Source: Octopus sinensis (Eukaryota). Taken from it: DNA of 64,000 bases. Below, piece by piece: positions 27,446 to 40,918 of this stretch (its first letter is position 1; each line of letters opens with the position of its first letter). A program made the translations under genes and the position numbers. The stretch covers positions 248,001 through 312,000 of the forward strand of contig NC_043003.1 of assembly GCF_006345805.1 (NCBI RefSeq), read 5' to 3'. The notes below the pieces were generated by a model. The model worked only from the letters and a program-made list of their open reading frames with translations. It had not been told where the DNA came from and did not search any database.

Positions 27446-28210
27446 TCATGTATGTATGTATGTATGTATGTATGTATGTATGTATGTATGTATGTATGTA
27501 TGTATGTATGTATGTGTGTATGTATGTATGTATGTATGTATGTGTGTATGTATGTATGTATGTATGTATGTATGGTATGTATGTATGTATTATGTATGTA
27601 TGTATGTGTGTATGTATGTATGTATGTATGTATGTATGTGTGTATGTATGTATGTATGTATGTGTGTATGTATGTATGTATGTATGTATGTATGTATGTA
27701 TGTATGTGTGTGTGTGTATGTGTGTATGTATGTATGTATGTATGTATGTATGTATGTATGTATGTGTGTGTATGTGTATGTATGTATGTATGTGTGTGTG
27801 TATGATTGTGTGTGTATGTATGTATGTATGCATGTATGTATGTATGTGTATATGTATGTGTGTGTGTATGTGTATGTATGTATGTGTGTATGTGTGTATG
27901 TATGTATGTATGTATGCATGTATGTATGTGTATATGTATGTGTGTGTGTATGTGTGTATGTATGTATGTATGTGTATATGTATGTGTGTGTGTATGTGTA
28001 TGTATGTATGTATGTATGTATGTATGTATGTGTGTGTGTATGTGTATATGTATGTGTATGTATGTATGTATGTATGTATGTATGTATGTATGTGTGTGTG
28101 TGTGTATGTGTATGTATGTATGTATGTATGTATGTATGTATGTATGTATGTATGTGTGTATGTATGTATGTATGTATGTATGTGTATATGTATGTGTGTG
28201 TATGTGTATG

Positions 28211-28244
<34 letters not shown>

Positions 28245-28308
28245 TGTATGTATGCATGTATGTAAGTATGTATGTATGTATGTGTATATGTATGTGTGTG
28301 TGTATGTG

Positions 28309-28339
<31 letters not shown>

Positions 28340-28544
28340 GTATGTGTGTGTGTATGTATGTATGTATGTATGTGTGTGTGTATGTATGTGTACGTATGTA
28401 TGTATGTATGTATGTATGTATGTGTGTGTGTATGTGTATATGTTTGTGTATGTATGTATGTATGTATGTATGTAAGTATGTGTGTGTGTATGTATGTATG
28501 TATGTATGTGTGTGTGTGTATGTATGTATGTATGTATGTATGTA

Positions 28545-28577
<33 letters not shown>

Positions 28578-28596
28578 GTGTGTATGTATGTATGTA

Positions 28597-28627
<31 letters not shown>

Positions 28628-28734
28628 ATGTTGTGTGTGTGTGTATGTATGTATGTATGTATGTGTGTGTGTATGTATGTATGTATGGATGTATGTATGT
28701 GTGTATGTATGTGTGTGTGTATGTATGTATGTAT
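27446..28734. repeat. ~1.3 kb compound (TATG)n/(TG)n microsatellite
   Basis: Direct reading. It is the source of the MYVC/HTYI ORFs. Confidence 0.98.
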
Positions 28735-28897
28735 TAACAAAATATCCGCGCGTTATGCAGTTCTTTGATGTTATAATTATACCTTAGAGTAACTATGATA
28801 ACTTTCACTTGGTCGAAAGGTAAAATTGCACGTGTGCACACATACTCATGTACATATATATACATATATGTACGTACATACATACATGCATGCATGC

Positions 28898-28936
<39 letters not shown>

Positions 28937-28939
28937 CTT

Positions 28940-29462
28940 AGGTCACTTTCGAGTGCTACTGGTAACATGTAACCCAGTACAACCTGTTGCATGGTCGGGT
29001 CGTTGGCGACTAAACCTGCAACGGGTGTTTATTGGACACCCTGTGGGATGAAAACCAAAACCCGTCAAAGGGCGGAGGAACTCTTGTGAGTCAACGGCCA
29101 TCCAATAAATGTCTTAAGGCTGTATCATGCGCGGGGACATAGAAATAATCGGACTGAATAACCTATGGCGCGGTTATACCATTGGGAGTGAAGGACTCCT
29201 AGCCTTTGTTAGGGCATCCTTCTAGGAGAAGGTAACTCAGGAAACTGGGATAACTCCGACATAAAACCTGCGGCTCAGTGGTTACCGATGATGTTGACTT
29301 GTTCTTCTTTTCGGGTTATGGCTGCTGTTGCTTAGTGAGTGGGATTGACTCAGTGCACAGCCTTTCCTCACTTTAAAAAAATCTTCTTGCACAGGCATTG
29401 CACGATAACAACATTGATTAAGCTTCGTGCAATTGCCATACTCGATAACGAGGGGGCAGCCA

Positions 29463-29466
<4 letters not shown>
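28940..29466 (+). mobile_element. 527-bp interspersed element, copy 2, embedded in (TA)n
   Basis: Near-identical to the rc of 10986-11512. Confidence 0.85.
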
Positions 29467-29531
<65 letters not shown>

Positions 29532-29534
<3 letters not shown>

Positions 29535-29783
29535 GGTGTTCAAAACGTCTCTCCGCAGTGAATCGGAAATCAGCGTATGAATTGCTCACACGGCAGTAAA
29601 AAAAGAAATCAAATTTCTTTCCATACAAAGTGCTGGCCATTCAGGATGACACTTTCAACACGTCTTATAAAGTTTTTTAAAGTCTTGTAAAGTCTAATAT
29701 ATTCTTTTGTAGTCTTATACCATCTTATCAATATTTATTTTGCAGTAAAATCCTTACTGCGGAGAGACTTTTTGAACATCCTG
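29532..29783 (+). mobile_element. Internally deleted mariner-family element
   Basis: 28-bp TIRs cagggtgttcaaaacgtctctccgcagt vs rc caggatgttcaaaaagtctctccgcagt. The internal piece reads KKEIKFL/FPYKVLAIQ, like the transposase HTH-linker. Confidence 0.8.
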
Positions 29784-29865
29784 TGTATGTGTGTGTGTGT
29801 ATACATATACATAAAGACATTCATATGTGTATGTATTCATACATAATATACATACAAACACATAA

Positions 29866-29971
<106 letters not shown>

Positions 29972-30127
29972 TAGTTGTATACTGTCAACTTAATGTGACA
30001 TGAAGGGAATCATACTACTGCTATTTAGCCCTAGGAAGCATCAACGCTTGCTATCGGCCTTGACACATTTCCTGTGTCCTTATGTTTGCAAGGGGGAGAT
30101 AAGCACCTCCACCCAGCTAAGCCTGCA

Positions 30128-30169
30128 TCCAGAGACTAGTTTCTGAGTCTTGCTCGTCATCAGTCTGGA
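30128..30169 (-). ncRNA. Minimal type I hammerhead ribozyme motif (Penelope-like-element type)
   Basis: Minus strand: UCCAGA-CUGAUGA-cGAGcaagaCUCa-GAAA-cuag-UC-UCUGGA. Perfect 6-bp stem I, intact core, palindromic ACUAGU loop III, C.A mismatch closing stem II. Confidence 0.7.
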
Positions 30170-30268
30170 GTACCCGTGGCCTGCTAGTTGGAGATGCCTG
30201 TCTAGACTTTGTAACCATATATGAATTCTTTAGAAATAAATCCACTGATTACAAAAATAGAAATATTT

Positions 30269-30396
30269 CATTTCTAAATATCTCAGAGAGATATAGGTAG
30301 CGTTATATCTTCATGGGACTGTCACATTATGTTGACAGTATACAACTACTCTATCGTGCCACTACTGCTTATATCTCTCTGAGGTATTTAGAAATG
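30269..30396. mobile_element. 128-bp MITE with 27-bp TIRs
   Basis: catttctaaatatctcagagagatata vs rc catttctaaatacctcagagagatata (26/27). An inverted fragment of its interior lies at 29968-30005. Confidence 0.8.
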
Positions 30397-32507
30397 TAAT
30401 ATATACATGCGCACAACATTAATAAAAACCAAACAAGCAGTGGAATTAGGGATTTGAAGGTTACCTTCCTAGTAAATCGCGACAGCTGGCTTAATTGACT
30501 CGAAGCCTGAAGTACCCTATTCAGGAATTCAACGATGCACTTATACAAAATTCAAATGCAAACCTCATCAACAGTTTCTTATATGCCTCCGCTAATCGTC
30601 TATTTTCGTCCCTTTATATCTGGTGAGGTTAATCTCTTCCAGCTGTTTCACAAATAAACAGTTTACATAGGGTTTACATGATTTAGTATCAAAATTTGTG
30701 TTCTTGGAGTAACTTTTAATTATCTGCCTCATTCATTGCATGGTACCATTCATTGTTTCTTTAGCGAACACACCTAACTATCTAAATGAATGCCATAGGA
30801 TATATATTCCTCTACGCTTAAACAAAACAGTAAAGAATTCGTGGAAGGATAATAATATACAAGACTGTCATATTTAAATTAATTTATACCTATAGGAAGG
30901 TGTCACAATTCAAAGAAAATTGTAAGTGGCTATAAAAATATTTCGAACAAGACAGTATTATGTTTACAAAAATGCCGTGTGTCAACATGGAAGGTCAAGG
31001 GAACACTTAGAGTTGAGAGGCGAAGGTTGTTTTGAAACATTGTAAACATTATTATTTTATGAGGTGACAAGTTAGCTACTTTTAAAAATAAAATCAGAAT
31101 AATTATGTGACACAAGTGACATTTAGTAATGGAAGGGTTTAATCAGAACGGATGAATATAATTTTTCGTTTTGTATTTGGTTTGCAAGATTCTTGATGTG
31201 AATTCATGTGTTGAAACATATTTCGTTGTATTTTGGGAGGATCATTACGCCAATAATAAACACACGCACTAGTTCTGTTTCTCTACTTTATTTCTTACTT
31301 GTCAATTGGTTAACCATTAAACCAATTAACCAATCGATTGTTTGATTAATCATTCGTTCAGTCTGTTCATCAGTCAGCTAGGTTTGATGAAGTCGTTTGT
31401 TGCCATCCACGACCTCATCAACGACATGCGCTCTCTACTCCTTTAAATTTAAACTCCCCAGTATTTTGTAAGAGAAATCTGTCAACGGTGTACCCTTTAT
31501 CTACCATCATCCACCTTTATCTACCCCTATTGGTTCTCGGTCTCACTGCGTCTTTTCCCGTCTCTTCTGAAAATGGTTTCAAAATTTGGGACAAAACCAG
31601 TAATTTCCGTGCTCAACTGGTACTTCTTTTATCGACCCCGAAAGGATGAAAGGTAAAGATGACTTCGGCGGAATTTGAACTAAGAACGTAAAGAGGGCGA
31701 AATGCCGCTAAGCATTTTGGCAGGCGCCCTACCGATTCTGCCACCTCGTCGCCTTCGTCTCTTCTGATAATACAACTTTTGCTCATATGGTCTTGCCAAC
31801 AGAATACTAACCAATTTAATGCACTCACTTTCTCTTTAAACCTCCAGTCTCTCATTCAAACACAATCTTAATCCTTCTACATAAATAAACAGGTCAACAG
31901 TACCAACGATTAGAGACTGGAAGTTTTCAGTCCCAGCAAATATACTATTATAGCGAGATTTAGATATAAAGTTTTAGCTATAGAAACTAAACTGTATTAG
32001 CACAGACATTTATTATAGTTTAGCAATAGCAAATACTCTTAAACACTGACTTTTAGATATGAACTTTGCAGCTACAACACATTGGTATGGCATAGACAGA
32101 AGAGAAGAGATTAAAGCTTCTTGGGCAAACGCAGCAAACAAAAGATCCCATCTTTGTTTAATTTTGTTTGTTTATTGTTTGTCCTTTTCTCTATTAAATG
32201 AAAAAAGAAAAAGAAGAATTGGTTAACAATTGCACGATAAATGGTAGATACTTATTTTCTCTCCAAAGCTGTCAGAGATGATAATAAAAGAAAGGGTGGA
32301 TGGGAAGAAAAGGAGACGTCAGGCCATGCATTGTTGACTTTAGTCAAGAGGTGTCACCTGACAAAGATCTAGCGTCTGGTAAATGTTTCAAATGTCGAAG
32401 GTATGCGGATGTTTGTAGCCACCCGTTCGTACAGGTCGGGTAGTGTTGGTCTTGTTGACGGTAGCAAACAGAAGTTGTCACTCATATATATATATACACA
32501 CACACAC

Positions 32508-32585
<78 letters not shown>

Positions 32586-33513
32586 TATATTATATAAATA
32601 TATATATATATACACAACACAGATAAGGAGACAAACAGACAGACAGACAGATAGATTGCTTGACAAAGATAGAGGCAAGCAGAATTACAAACGTGCAGCG
32701 AAATAGATAGATTAACAGACTGTTAAGTGAGCGCAAACGTTTACGTCCAGACGATTGGAATCGTTTCCTGTTTTACACACACACAGATGTATATATGTGT
32801 GTCGATGTGTATGTGTGTATGTATGCATGCATGCATGTATATGCATATGTGTATAGTTAGGTGTTTGTCTTTGTGTCTATACGTATGTATATTCATGTAT
32901 GTATGCATTCATATACATGAGCAGACAAGCGTGCACGTACTCACATGTTTATGTACATATATGTATGCACACACACACTCTCACGCATACACACAAGTGT
33001 ATATAGGTACATGCACGCGTATATACATGCATACAATTACATACATCGACATAATAATAGACGTTACACTGTCAATGATGATGATCGTGTTGAGGGGGAT
33101 ATTTGTGGACCATATGTAGTACTAGTAGTACCAGCAGCAGCAGCAGTAGTAGTAGTAACAGTAGCAGCTGACGATGTTGTTGCTGCTGCTGTGGTTGTAG
33201 GTTAAAAACTAACCCCTGGCTCCATATTTGGACAGCTTCGAGCACTTCCTTGTTTATGCGTTAAAAAATGTTCTGAGAATGACGAATCAAACAAAGGAAG
33301 TACCAAAAACAGTTTATAGAAACGGACAAAAGAAAGGAAGAAAAGGAAAACGGATCGTGTTCGTGTCAGTTTAATTGAATGTGCACACATACATACATGT
33401 CTATCATATACACATTGTATATAGCAGTTAATATGAGGGGTATTCATAAGAGTAGGGATAAACAAAATGTCCGCTGAGTGATGTTTATAAGAATAAAAAT
33501 ATAGAACAAAGAG

Positions 33514-33581
<68 letters not shown>

Positions 33582-33899
33582 TACATACAGAAATACGTCT
33601 GTGTGTGTGTGATATGTGTATGTATGTATATACGTGTGTGTATGTATATATATGTGTGTGTGTGTGTATGTATGTGTATATATATGTATTGTTGACGGGC
33701 TTCCATAGTGTTTTCGTCTTTCAAGTTCATTCACAAGGCATGGGAACTGAACATGAAAACACGTGGTTGAAAAGCGAACTTCTCAACCACGCATCCATCC
33801 ATCTATCCATCCATCCATCCATCCTTGTATGCCTACCTACCTACATATTTTCGAATCACATGCATCTTATTATAATGTTGCTCCAGCTAGGGCTTGGTA

Positions 33900-35020
33900 C
33901 CATGAAAAGTTCAATATATACAAGAAGCAATCATACACAACACTGGTAATTCCCCCAACAGTGATACACGTTGTATACCACCACAACGTCTCGGTTTCAG
34001 AAGTCATTCAGATAATGAATACAGGCCAGGAAGAATTAGTCTTTTCAATGAACTACCAACGAAAACTCATAGACACACGCGACATGATAATTCAACTGCT
34101 TGTCCCAATCCTGTACAACCCACTCGATCAAATAATCCTAACAACAGATATACGAATCAGGATGTCCTTTGGTTCAACACGATTTTCCCTTCGCATGTTT
34201 CAACCAAGAGCGCCGGAAAATTTTTTTGCTGCTTTAGACAAGTATTTTCTTTGGAAAAGTGTTACACTTTTGGACAAGTTTAAATCTAATCAGTATCATG
34301 CTACTTTTAATCGGCACACAGTGAAGGTATCCTACGCCAACCCTGCTAATTTAGAGCAGCTTATGCATCGCATAAGCAATAGCAAAATGCGGCAAAGGTT
34401 CAATAACCCACCTACTGGATCTAGAGAACATTTGCATCTCAATACCAACCAAGGAGATGTAAACCGTAATGATAAACACCAACTACGACCAATTTGTAGT
34501 AGTAGAAATACTTATGATATAGCTAGCATGGTAACAACGCCATTAAATGGAGTCGGGACTACCTTATATAGAAATACATACGATAAATGCTCATGCAGAG
34601 AAAAATCAAAACGTCCTTTGCTGAATCTCGGTATGAGTACAGATCTTGTATATAAATGTACCGTGCACATAAGGGCAGGGCCATATGTTTACATTGGGTA
34701 GACGTCTGATTCATTTAAGAATGGTTATCGTAACCATATTGCCAGCTTTAAGACAATCAATAAGAGACATTCAACATCTTTTGGCAGATTTTGTATGGTG
34801 ACTGAAGGAGGATAAAATGAAGTACAGCATTAATTGGTCCATAGTAAGGTACGCGAAACCATACAATATAATTTCCAGGAGATGCCATCTCTGTTCCGAG
34901 GAATCCCTGTCTACTCTGTGGAATAACCAGAAGATAATTAATAGGATTTCCGAACGACTCTCGAGATGCCTACACGCATATAAATGCAATTCCGCACAAT
35001 GCAGTGGAAATGAATTTTGA
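33900..35020 (+). pseudogene. Degenerate Penelope-like element: RT thumb/linker and GIY-YIG endonuclease
   Basis: Across frames: VLWFN..VSTK..LDKYF..TFNRHTVKVSY, CSCREK..LVYKCTV..YVYIG..FK..YRNHIASF, KYSINWSIV..AKPYNIISRRCHLCSEE. These match PLE EN signatures. Stops and frameshifts present. Confidence 0.85.
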
Positions 35021-35569
35021 GTAACCGTTAACATAATTTAATTTAAGGCATGGATGACTGAAGTTTACTTTTAACGTCCCCATTCTAACAAACACCAAGT
35101 AGATAGCTAACTCGCTTTGTGATCATGAGTGCACCAAACCTTACGTGTGCGTATGCTCACATTTTTGCGGATGCTTGTATGAGCGAGTGTACTCGCGCCA
35201 TGCAGCTTTCCCGAGGGCATTTATACATCCATATTTGTTAACGATTATTTTTAATACTTTTCTCGCTGGATTGCATGTGTGTTAGTTTCCCTTTTTGCCA
35301 TCTTTGATTTTATTTTTGATCTTGTATATAAATGAAGATATTTCCTCCGTTCGGCTGCTTTTCTCTCTACAAAACGGGAAGTTAAATTGCAGAACAATCA
35401 TTTTAACAAGTTGTAATTATTTATCACCCGACGAGATACATCTGCACCACCGGATGCTCCTGAACCAGTTGTTGAGTGTCCCACCCAAGAGGAATCGATG
35501 CTAGGTGTGTCGAAACAACTGTCGTCATTAACAATAAATTCTCATATATTCCATCTTCCGTCTTTCATT

Positions 35570-35708
<139 letters not shown>

Positions 35709-36315
35709 ATATATGAATGTATATATGTGTTTATATATGTGTGTGTTATGTATGTTTGTATGCACGCATGCATGTATGTGTGTACGTCTGTATGCATGTA
35801 AGTATGTATGTGTAAACATGTCTCTTCTTCCCTTGAATGAAAAATATCACGTCTTCACCAATTCGACGATCCCATGAAACTTGATTTTGTATGTGTAGCT
35901 TTCTTTTGTATTTATTTTTGAACAAAGTTGACCGGGAAGTTCGATCAATAGGTTGAGAGACAGTCCAACATAAATTGTGTGTTGGACACCGTCCCACTTT
36001 GTAGGTAATTGTAAACGGAAATGTAACACCAACAAAGACATCTTATCCACACAGGAGATGTCAACGTAATTGTGATTATTTTGCCATAAACGCTTGTGTT
36101 TATCGATCCGCCACGCGTTAACGTTAATACTTACGAGTGCGCATGTACACACGCACACACACACGTGCGCGTGCGCGTAGCAGGAGCGCGTTAGCAGTGT
36201 GAGCAGTATTCCAATGTGTTTTTACATACTTTAGCTGATGTGAAGGACCACCATCTCTATTCACCTAAATTTCCCGTTTAAATTTCACGGACTTTCATAA
36301 ACAGATTTCGAAATA

Positions 36316-36775
36316 CAACTTCTCCTTGACTTACGACCACAAGAAATAAGCGTAACCTTCAAGATACTGTGTGTTGTTAACGTAAGATATATGAGGAAAA
36401 AAAAGAAGAAAAAACAATCCAACAAAGCTCACCATGTTCCTCGAAAAACCATCAATCTCAACCCAAGAACATGACTGGGAAAATCAAAAATATATTTTCA
36501 TTTGCACTTTTTGTTCAGGGGCAATATTTTTTTTTTATTGTACGTAAGCGGAATTTCCTTTGTATTAATTTTGTTGTTGTTTACAGTATAATAGAGGGCA
36601 TATTATGTATTTTTCCCACGATGTACAATAATTATGGATTAAATTTTTGTGGTTTATATATTCATAACTCGTTTGAATGATAAAGGTGTTGAAAAATGTA
36701 AATCCGACATACGACCAGATTGATTTACGACCAGTCAGTCGGAACGGAACTCGGTCGTAAGTCGAGAAGAAGATG
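36316..36775. mobile_element. pogo/Tigger-like MITE
   Basis: TIRs caacttctccttgacttacgacc vs rc catcttcttctcgacttacgacc. TA on the left flank, CA on the right. Confidence 0.65.
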
Positions 36776-37311
36776 CATATTTAAAAAATAAAATAAAAAA
36801 GTAAAAACCTATCACCATCTCTGTTTTCTCAAATTTCTGCTCAAATTTAATGAGCTTACATAATCAGATTTCGTAAATTGTCATAATCAGATTGAAAATA
36901 AAAAAACAATACGATAAAATAATAAAAATGACAGCCTATCGCTATTTTCCGCTCAGATTTCATAAACCATTGAAATTACAAGATGTGACTTTTCCGGTTT
37001 CAGCAACGATATTCTCACCACTAAAACATAAATAACTTAGTGTATTGGCACTTCCGGTTTCGTCCTCTATCCACCGACATTCTGAAGTGGTCGTTACTTT
37101 GAAAACTTCAATACAAAAATGGATTGTATTGATAAATGAAGATAGTTTGTGTGAGAGAGGTGAGGGTGGACGGTTGTGTTTGTTAAGTACAGTGAAATAT
37201 GCGTGCAAAATGCGTGGGGGAAGCGAGAAAGGACGGCTAAGAATGTTTGCATGTGTGTGTTAGGACATGGGTGAGAATAGTTGTGTTTAGGAGAGAGTTA
37301 TGGGTGTATGC

Positions 37312-37375
<64 letters not shown>

Positions 37376-37923
37376 GAGTAACTATAAAAGACAAAGAAAA
37401 AAGTTTTAGTGAGAGAAGCATGGAAATGTATAAAAACAATAACAAGCTGATATAAAACAAAAAAGGAAAAAAAACTATAAACCAAGAAAAGTGAAATAGA
37501 GTAATATGCATACACACATACATACGCGTATGTATGGACACACATACCTACCTACATACGTACTTACATATGAACATACACACGTACACACACACACACC
37601 ACACACACACATATATATACGTATATATATTAATATATATATACGTATGCATGTATATATGTTTATGTGTCTTTGTGTCTGTGTTTATCACTCAACACCA
37701 TCACCACCACTTCACAATGAATGTTGGTTTATTTAGGGCCTAAACTTTAGGGCCTCGTAACTTGTGAAAAAGAGGCGGATAGGGTAAGTACCAAACTTAG
37801 AAAATAAGTCAATTTGTTTGACTAAACCCTCGAATGCGATGCCCCAACACGGCCGCAGTCGAATGACTGAAAGAAGTTACAGATAAAAGATTACAAACCC
37901 ACACACACAAAGAAAGAGTGAGT

Positions 37924-37991
<68 letters not shown>

Positions 37992-38764
37992 TAGATAGAT
38001 AGATAAATAGATAGAAGACGTGATACATACAAGGCACCAAAGAAAAAGAGACCAAAAAAAAAGGTAAAAAATGGATATGTAAGAGAGAAAGAAAGAAAGA
38101 AAGGAAAGAAAGAAAATACTATAATAACAGACGAAGAGAGAAGGAGAGGGTAAATAGGGAGCTGAGAATTGTTTTAAGGTAACCAAAAATCTACAAAACA
38201 ATGTTTGTAGAAGCCATAACAATTTTTTTTGATGTGACAAGCTGTTTAGCCGACATTTTTTCCGCCTGCATATTTGTCAGACACATATCTGTCGTGTCTA
38301 TCCTTATAACTGATCGTCTGTCTGTTTCTCTGTGTTTCACTCCTGCTACCGAAAGGTGGTCACTTTACTCTTTATGCTTATATTTTTGTCTGTGTTTCAT
38401 TGGTTTCTTTTTTTTCTTTAGATATTCGTCTGTGTATCTGTCAGTGTGACATTCGGCCATCTTTCCGCCTTTTTACTATTGATGCTTAGATTTCTCTCCA
38501 TCTTTCATCCGCCTTCCTTCTCTCTTTACTCTATCTACATGTCGTCCCTACCTCTTCCACCATTTATATCTGTCATGGTTTGTCTCTCTTTCTCTTTTTA
38601 TCCTTTTCCATTTCTTTCATTACTTTCTAACCACCTTCACCATTCTTTACCTCAACTATCCATCTCTCTCCCCCTCTTTCTGCTGATTTTCACCACATGC
38701 TGCTCCATTAATATATATTACAAAAGCTGACATTATGCAAATGTTAAACGTTCAATCCAGAATA

Positions 38765-39419
38765 CCTACACATTGACCCCCCCCCTAATTTTGTTTCCTC
38801 CTAACTTTGGGGACGAAACGGATACTTTTTAATGAAGTTTTCTACAATTACCTTTCAGATGGTGTGGATTACAACTATACCGGAATGTGACACGAAAAAA
38901 AAAGAAATGCTGTGAGCGTACGTCACAATATGCTGTTACGTCACAATATGCTGTTACGTCACAATATGCTGTTACGTCACAATATGCTGTTACGTCACAA
39001 TATGCTGTTACGTCACAATATGCTGTTACGTCACAATATGCTGTTACGTCACAATTTGTTTTCAAAATTTCAAGTTTCATTTTGTAGACATATATGCGAT
39101 GTATGATCAATTCTATATTTTTTTTCCATATTAAATTACGACATACACGTAATCTACACCATTTGAAAGATATTTATAGAATTTTCACTAGAAACATATC
39201 CATTTCTTTTTTAAAGTTATGAGGGAAAAAATAGAGGCGTGTAAATTATTTGAAACTCCTCACCATCTTCCGAAAAAAAAATGTTCACAACAAATTCTTA
39301 CACAATCGAAATCTACACTATTTGAAAGGTATTTGTTGAAAATTTCATTACAAAAAATATTAATTTTTCTAAATGTTATGAGGAAACAAAATCCGTGGAG
39401 GGGAACACAGTTGTGTAGG
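38765..39419. mobile_element. TA-flanked MITE with ~100-bp imperfect TIRs
   Basis: Ends ta|cctacaca ... tgtgtagg|ta. Arms share attttgtttcctc.taac and taatgaa.ttttc.acaa.tacctttca.at.gtgt.gatt. An extra internal arm copy lies at 39149-39169. Confidence 0.75.
38921..39055. repeat. Perfect 18-bp minisatellite (cgtcacaatatgctgtta) x7.5
   Basis: Units start at 38921, 38939, 38957, 38975, 38993, 39011, 39029 and 39047. Confidence 0.98.
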
Positions 39420-39491
39420 TATTCCTTAAAAGCCTTGTAAATAGTCTAACAAGGAAGCATGTAAGTTAAGCTTTTACAAATCTGACCAGAG

Positions 39492-40918
39492 CAGTGGTTC
39501 CCAACCCTTTTATTCAAATGACCCCTTTTAATATGCTTGTCTTTATGCATATATATATATACAGGGAGCGTAAGGTATTTGAGGACATACCTTTTTGGGG
39601 GTCATTGCTGCATTTTTTGCTAACTCTGTATAATTTTTGTTTCAGAAAATAATAATGGCAGACCCTCATCTTACTCAAGAAATGAAGAGGCATGCTGTTA
39701 TTGTGGTTATAAAGGCTGAGCATAGCGATTTAGAAATATCTCGACTTTTAAAAGTTGCCAGATCTTTCGTCTACACAGTTTGTAAGGAGTTAGAGACTGA
39801 AGATGGAAACATATCACCACTATCAAAGCATAAAAAGCGTCCTAACCGCCCTAAAATCATCGGAACACCGGAATTCATCCAGCAAGTTCAACAGACCATT
39901 GATTACAATGCCAGAAAGTCCATGAGGCCAGTTGCAAAAGATTTCCATGTGTCAGAAGGAACAGTCAGAAATTTTGTCCAAGAAGACATCAGATATAATT
40001 CTTATATGATGAGGAAAGGTCATTTTGTTAGAAAAAGCAAAAGAAAATCACTACATCAGATCTAAAAGGTTCTTAAACAAACTGAAAAATCCAGCAGAAG
40101 AAGATTTTATTTGGTTTTTCTCAAACGAGAAAAACTTCGACCAAGATAAAAAAGTTAACAGAAGAAATGACATGGTTATGTGCAGACCCTTGTGAAATTC
40201 CAAGTGTTATGCATACAAAATTTCCTGAAACTGTCATGGTTTTAGGGGTTGTCAGCAATGAATGACACGTGATGCCTCCTTACTTCTTTCTACGAGGCCT
40301 TAGGGTTAACTCTGCCGCCTACATTGAGGGCTGGAAACAATTGTTAAGCCCTGGATAGACAGTGTATGCAATGGAAGGCCATATGTGTTTCAGTAAGACT
40401 CTGCACTATCACATATGACTCTAGTAACACAGGAATAAATGGCTGAAAATTTTCATGATCACATAACCCCTAACATTTGGTCTCCTAATTCCCCAGATCT
40501 CAATCCATTGGACTATTACATGTAGAGCGTTGTTGAGAGAGAGAGAGAGGTCAATGAATACGCCAATAACACCAAAGATTCTATGAAAGCTGCCATAGTC
40601 AGAGTAATGTCCAAAATGAACCAGGACAACTTGATTCGAGCAAGTAGATGATTTAGATCTCATAAAGAAGCAGTTGTTGAAAGCTGAAGGTGGCTTTATT
40701 GAATAATATTATAGAAAAGAAGGTTTATTTTTATCCTCATAGCATTTTTTGATAAATAAAGTTATTATCTGTTATTATAGCTGTTTTTTTTTTCATAAAC
40801 CTAAAGCTTTCCTCAAATATCCTACTCACCCTGTATATATTCTGAATTTAGTTTATGGACCACCAGTACCACTTTGCGGACCACCAGGGGTTCACGGACC
40901 CCAGTTTGGGAAACACTG
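39492..40918. mobile_element. hAT/Charlie-like MITE split by a mariner insertion
   Basis: TIRs cagtggttcccaac vs rc cagtgtttcccaaac. 8-bp flanks gaccagag / gactagat (6/8). The same left end occurs at 55502. Confidence 0.75.
39562..40833 (+). mobile_element. Full-length but decayed DD37D (maT) Tc1/mariner transposon
   Basis: TIRs cagggagcgtaaggtatttgagg vs rc cagggtgagtaggatatttgagg, with TA flanks. HTH region in ORF 39637-40065, then WFFSNEK, YVFQ*D and WSPNSPDLNPLDY. I count exactly 37 residues between the second and third Asp. Several stops. Confidence 0.92.

Noticed and set aside
27378-28787. ORFs up to 440 aa of MYVC/HTYI repeats, with similar ORFs at 10.5-11.8, 19, 23, 44 and 57 kb
   Set aside because: They are translations of (TATG)n/(TA)n microsatellites.
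28940-29300. HDV-like ribozyme in the 527-bp element
   Set aside because: I could not place P1.1 GG, P4 and the catalytic C in the required order on either strand.
33763-34701. 312-aa ORF as an intact gene
   Set aside because: It starts in a SINE/microsatellite and only partly follows the frame of a decayed Penelope-like element.
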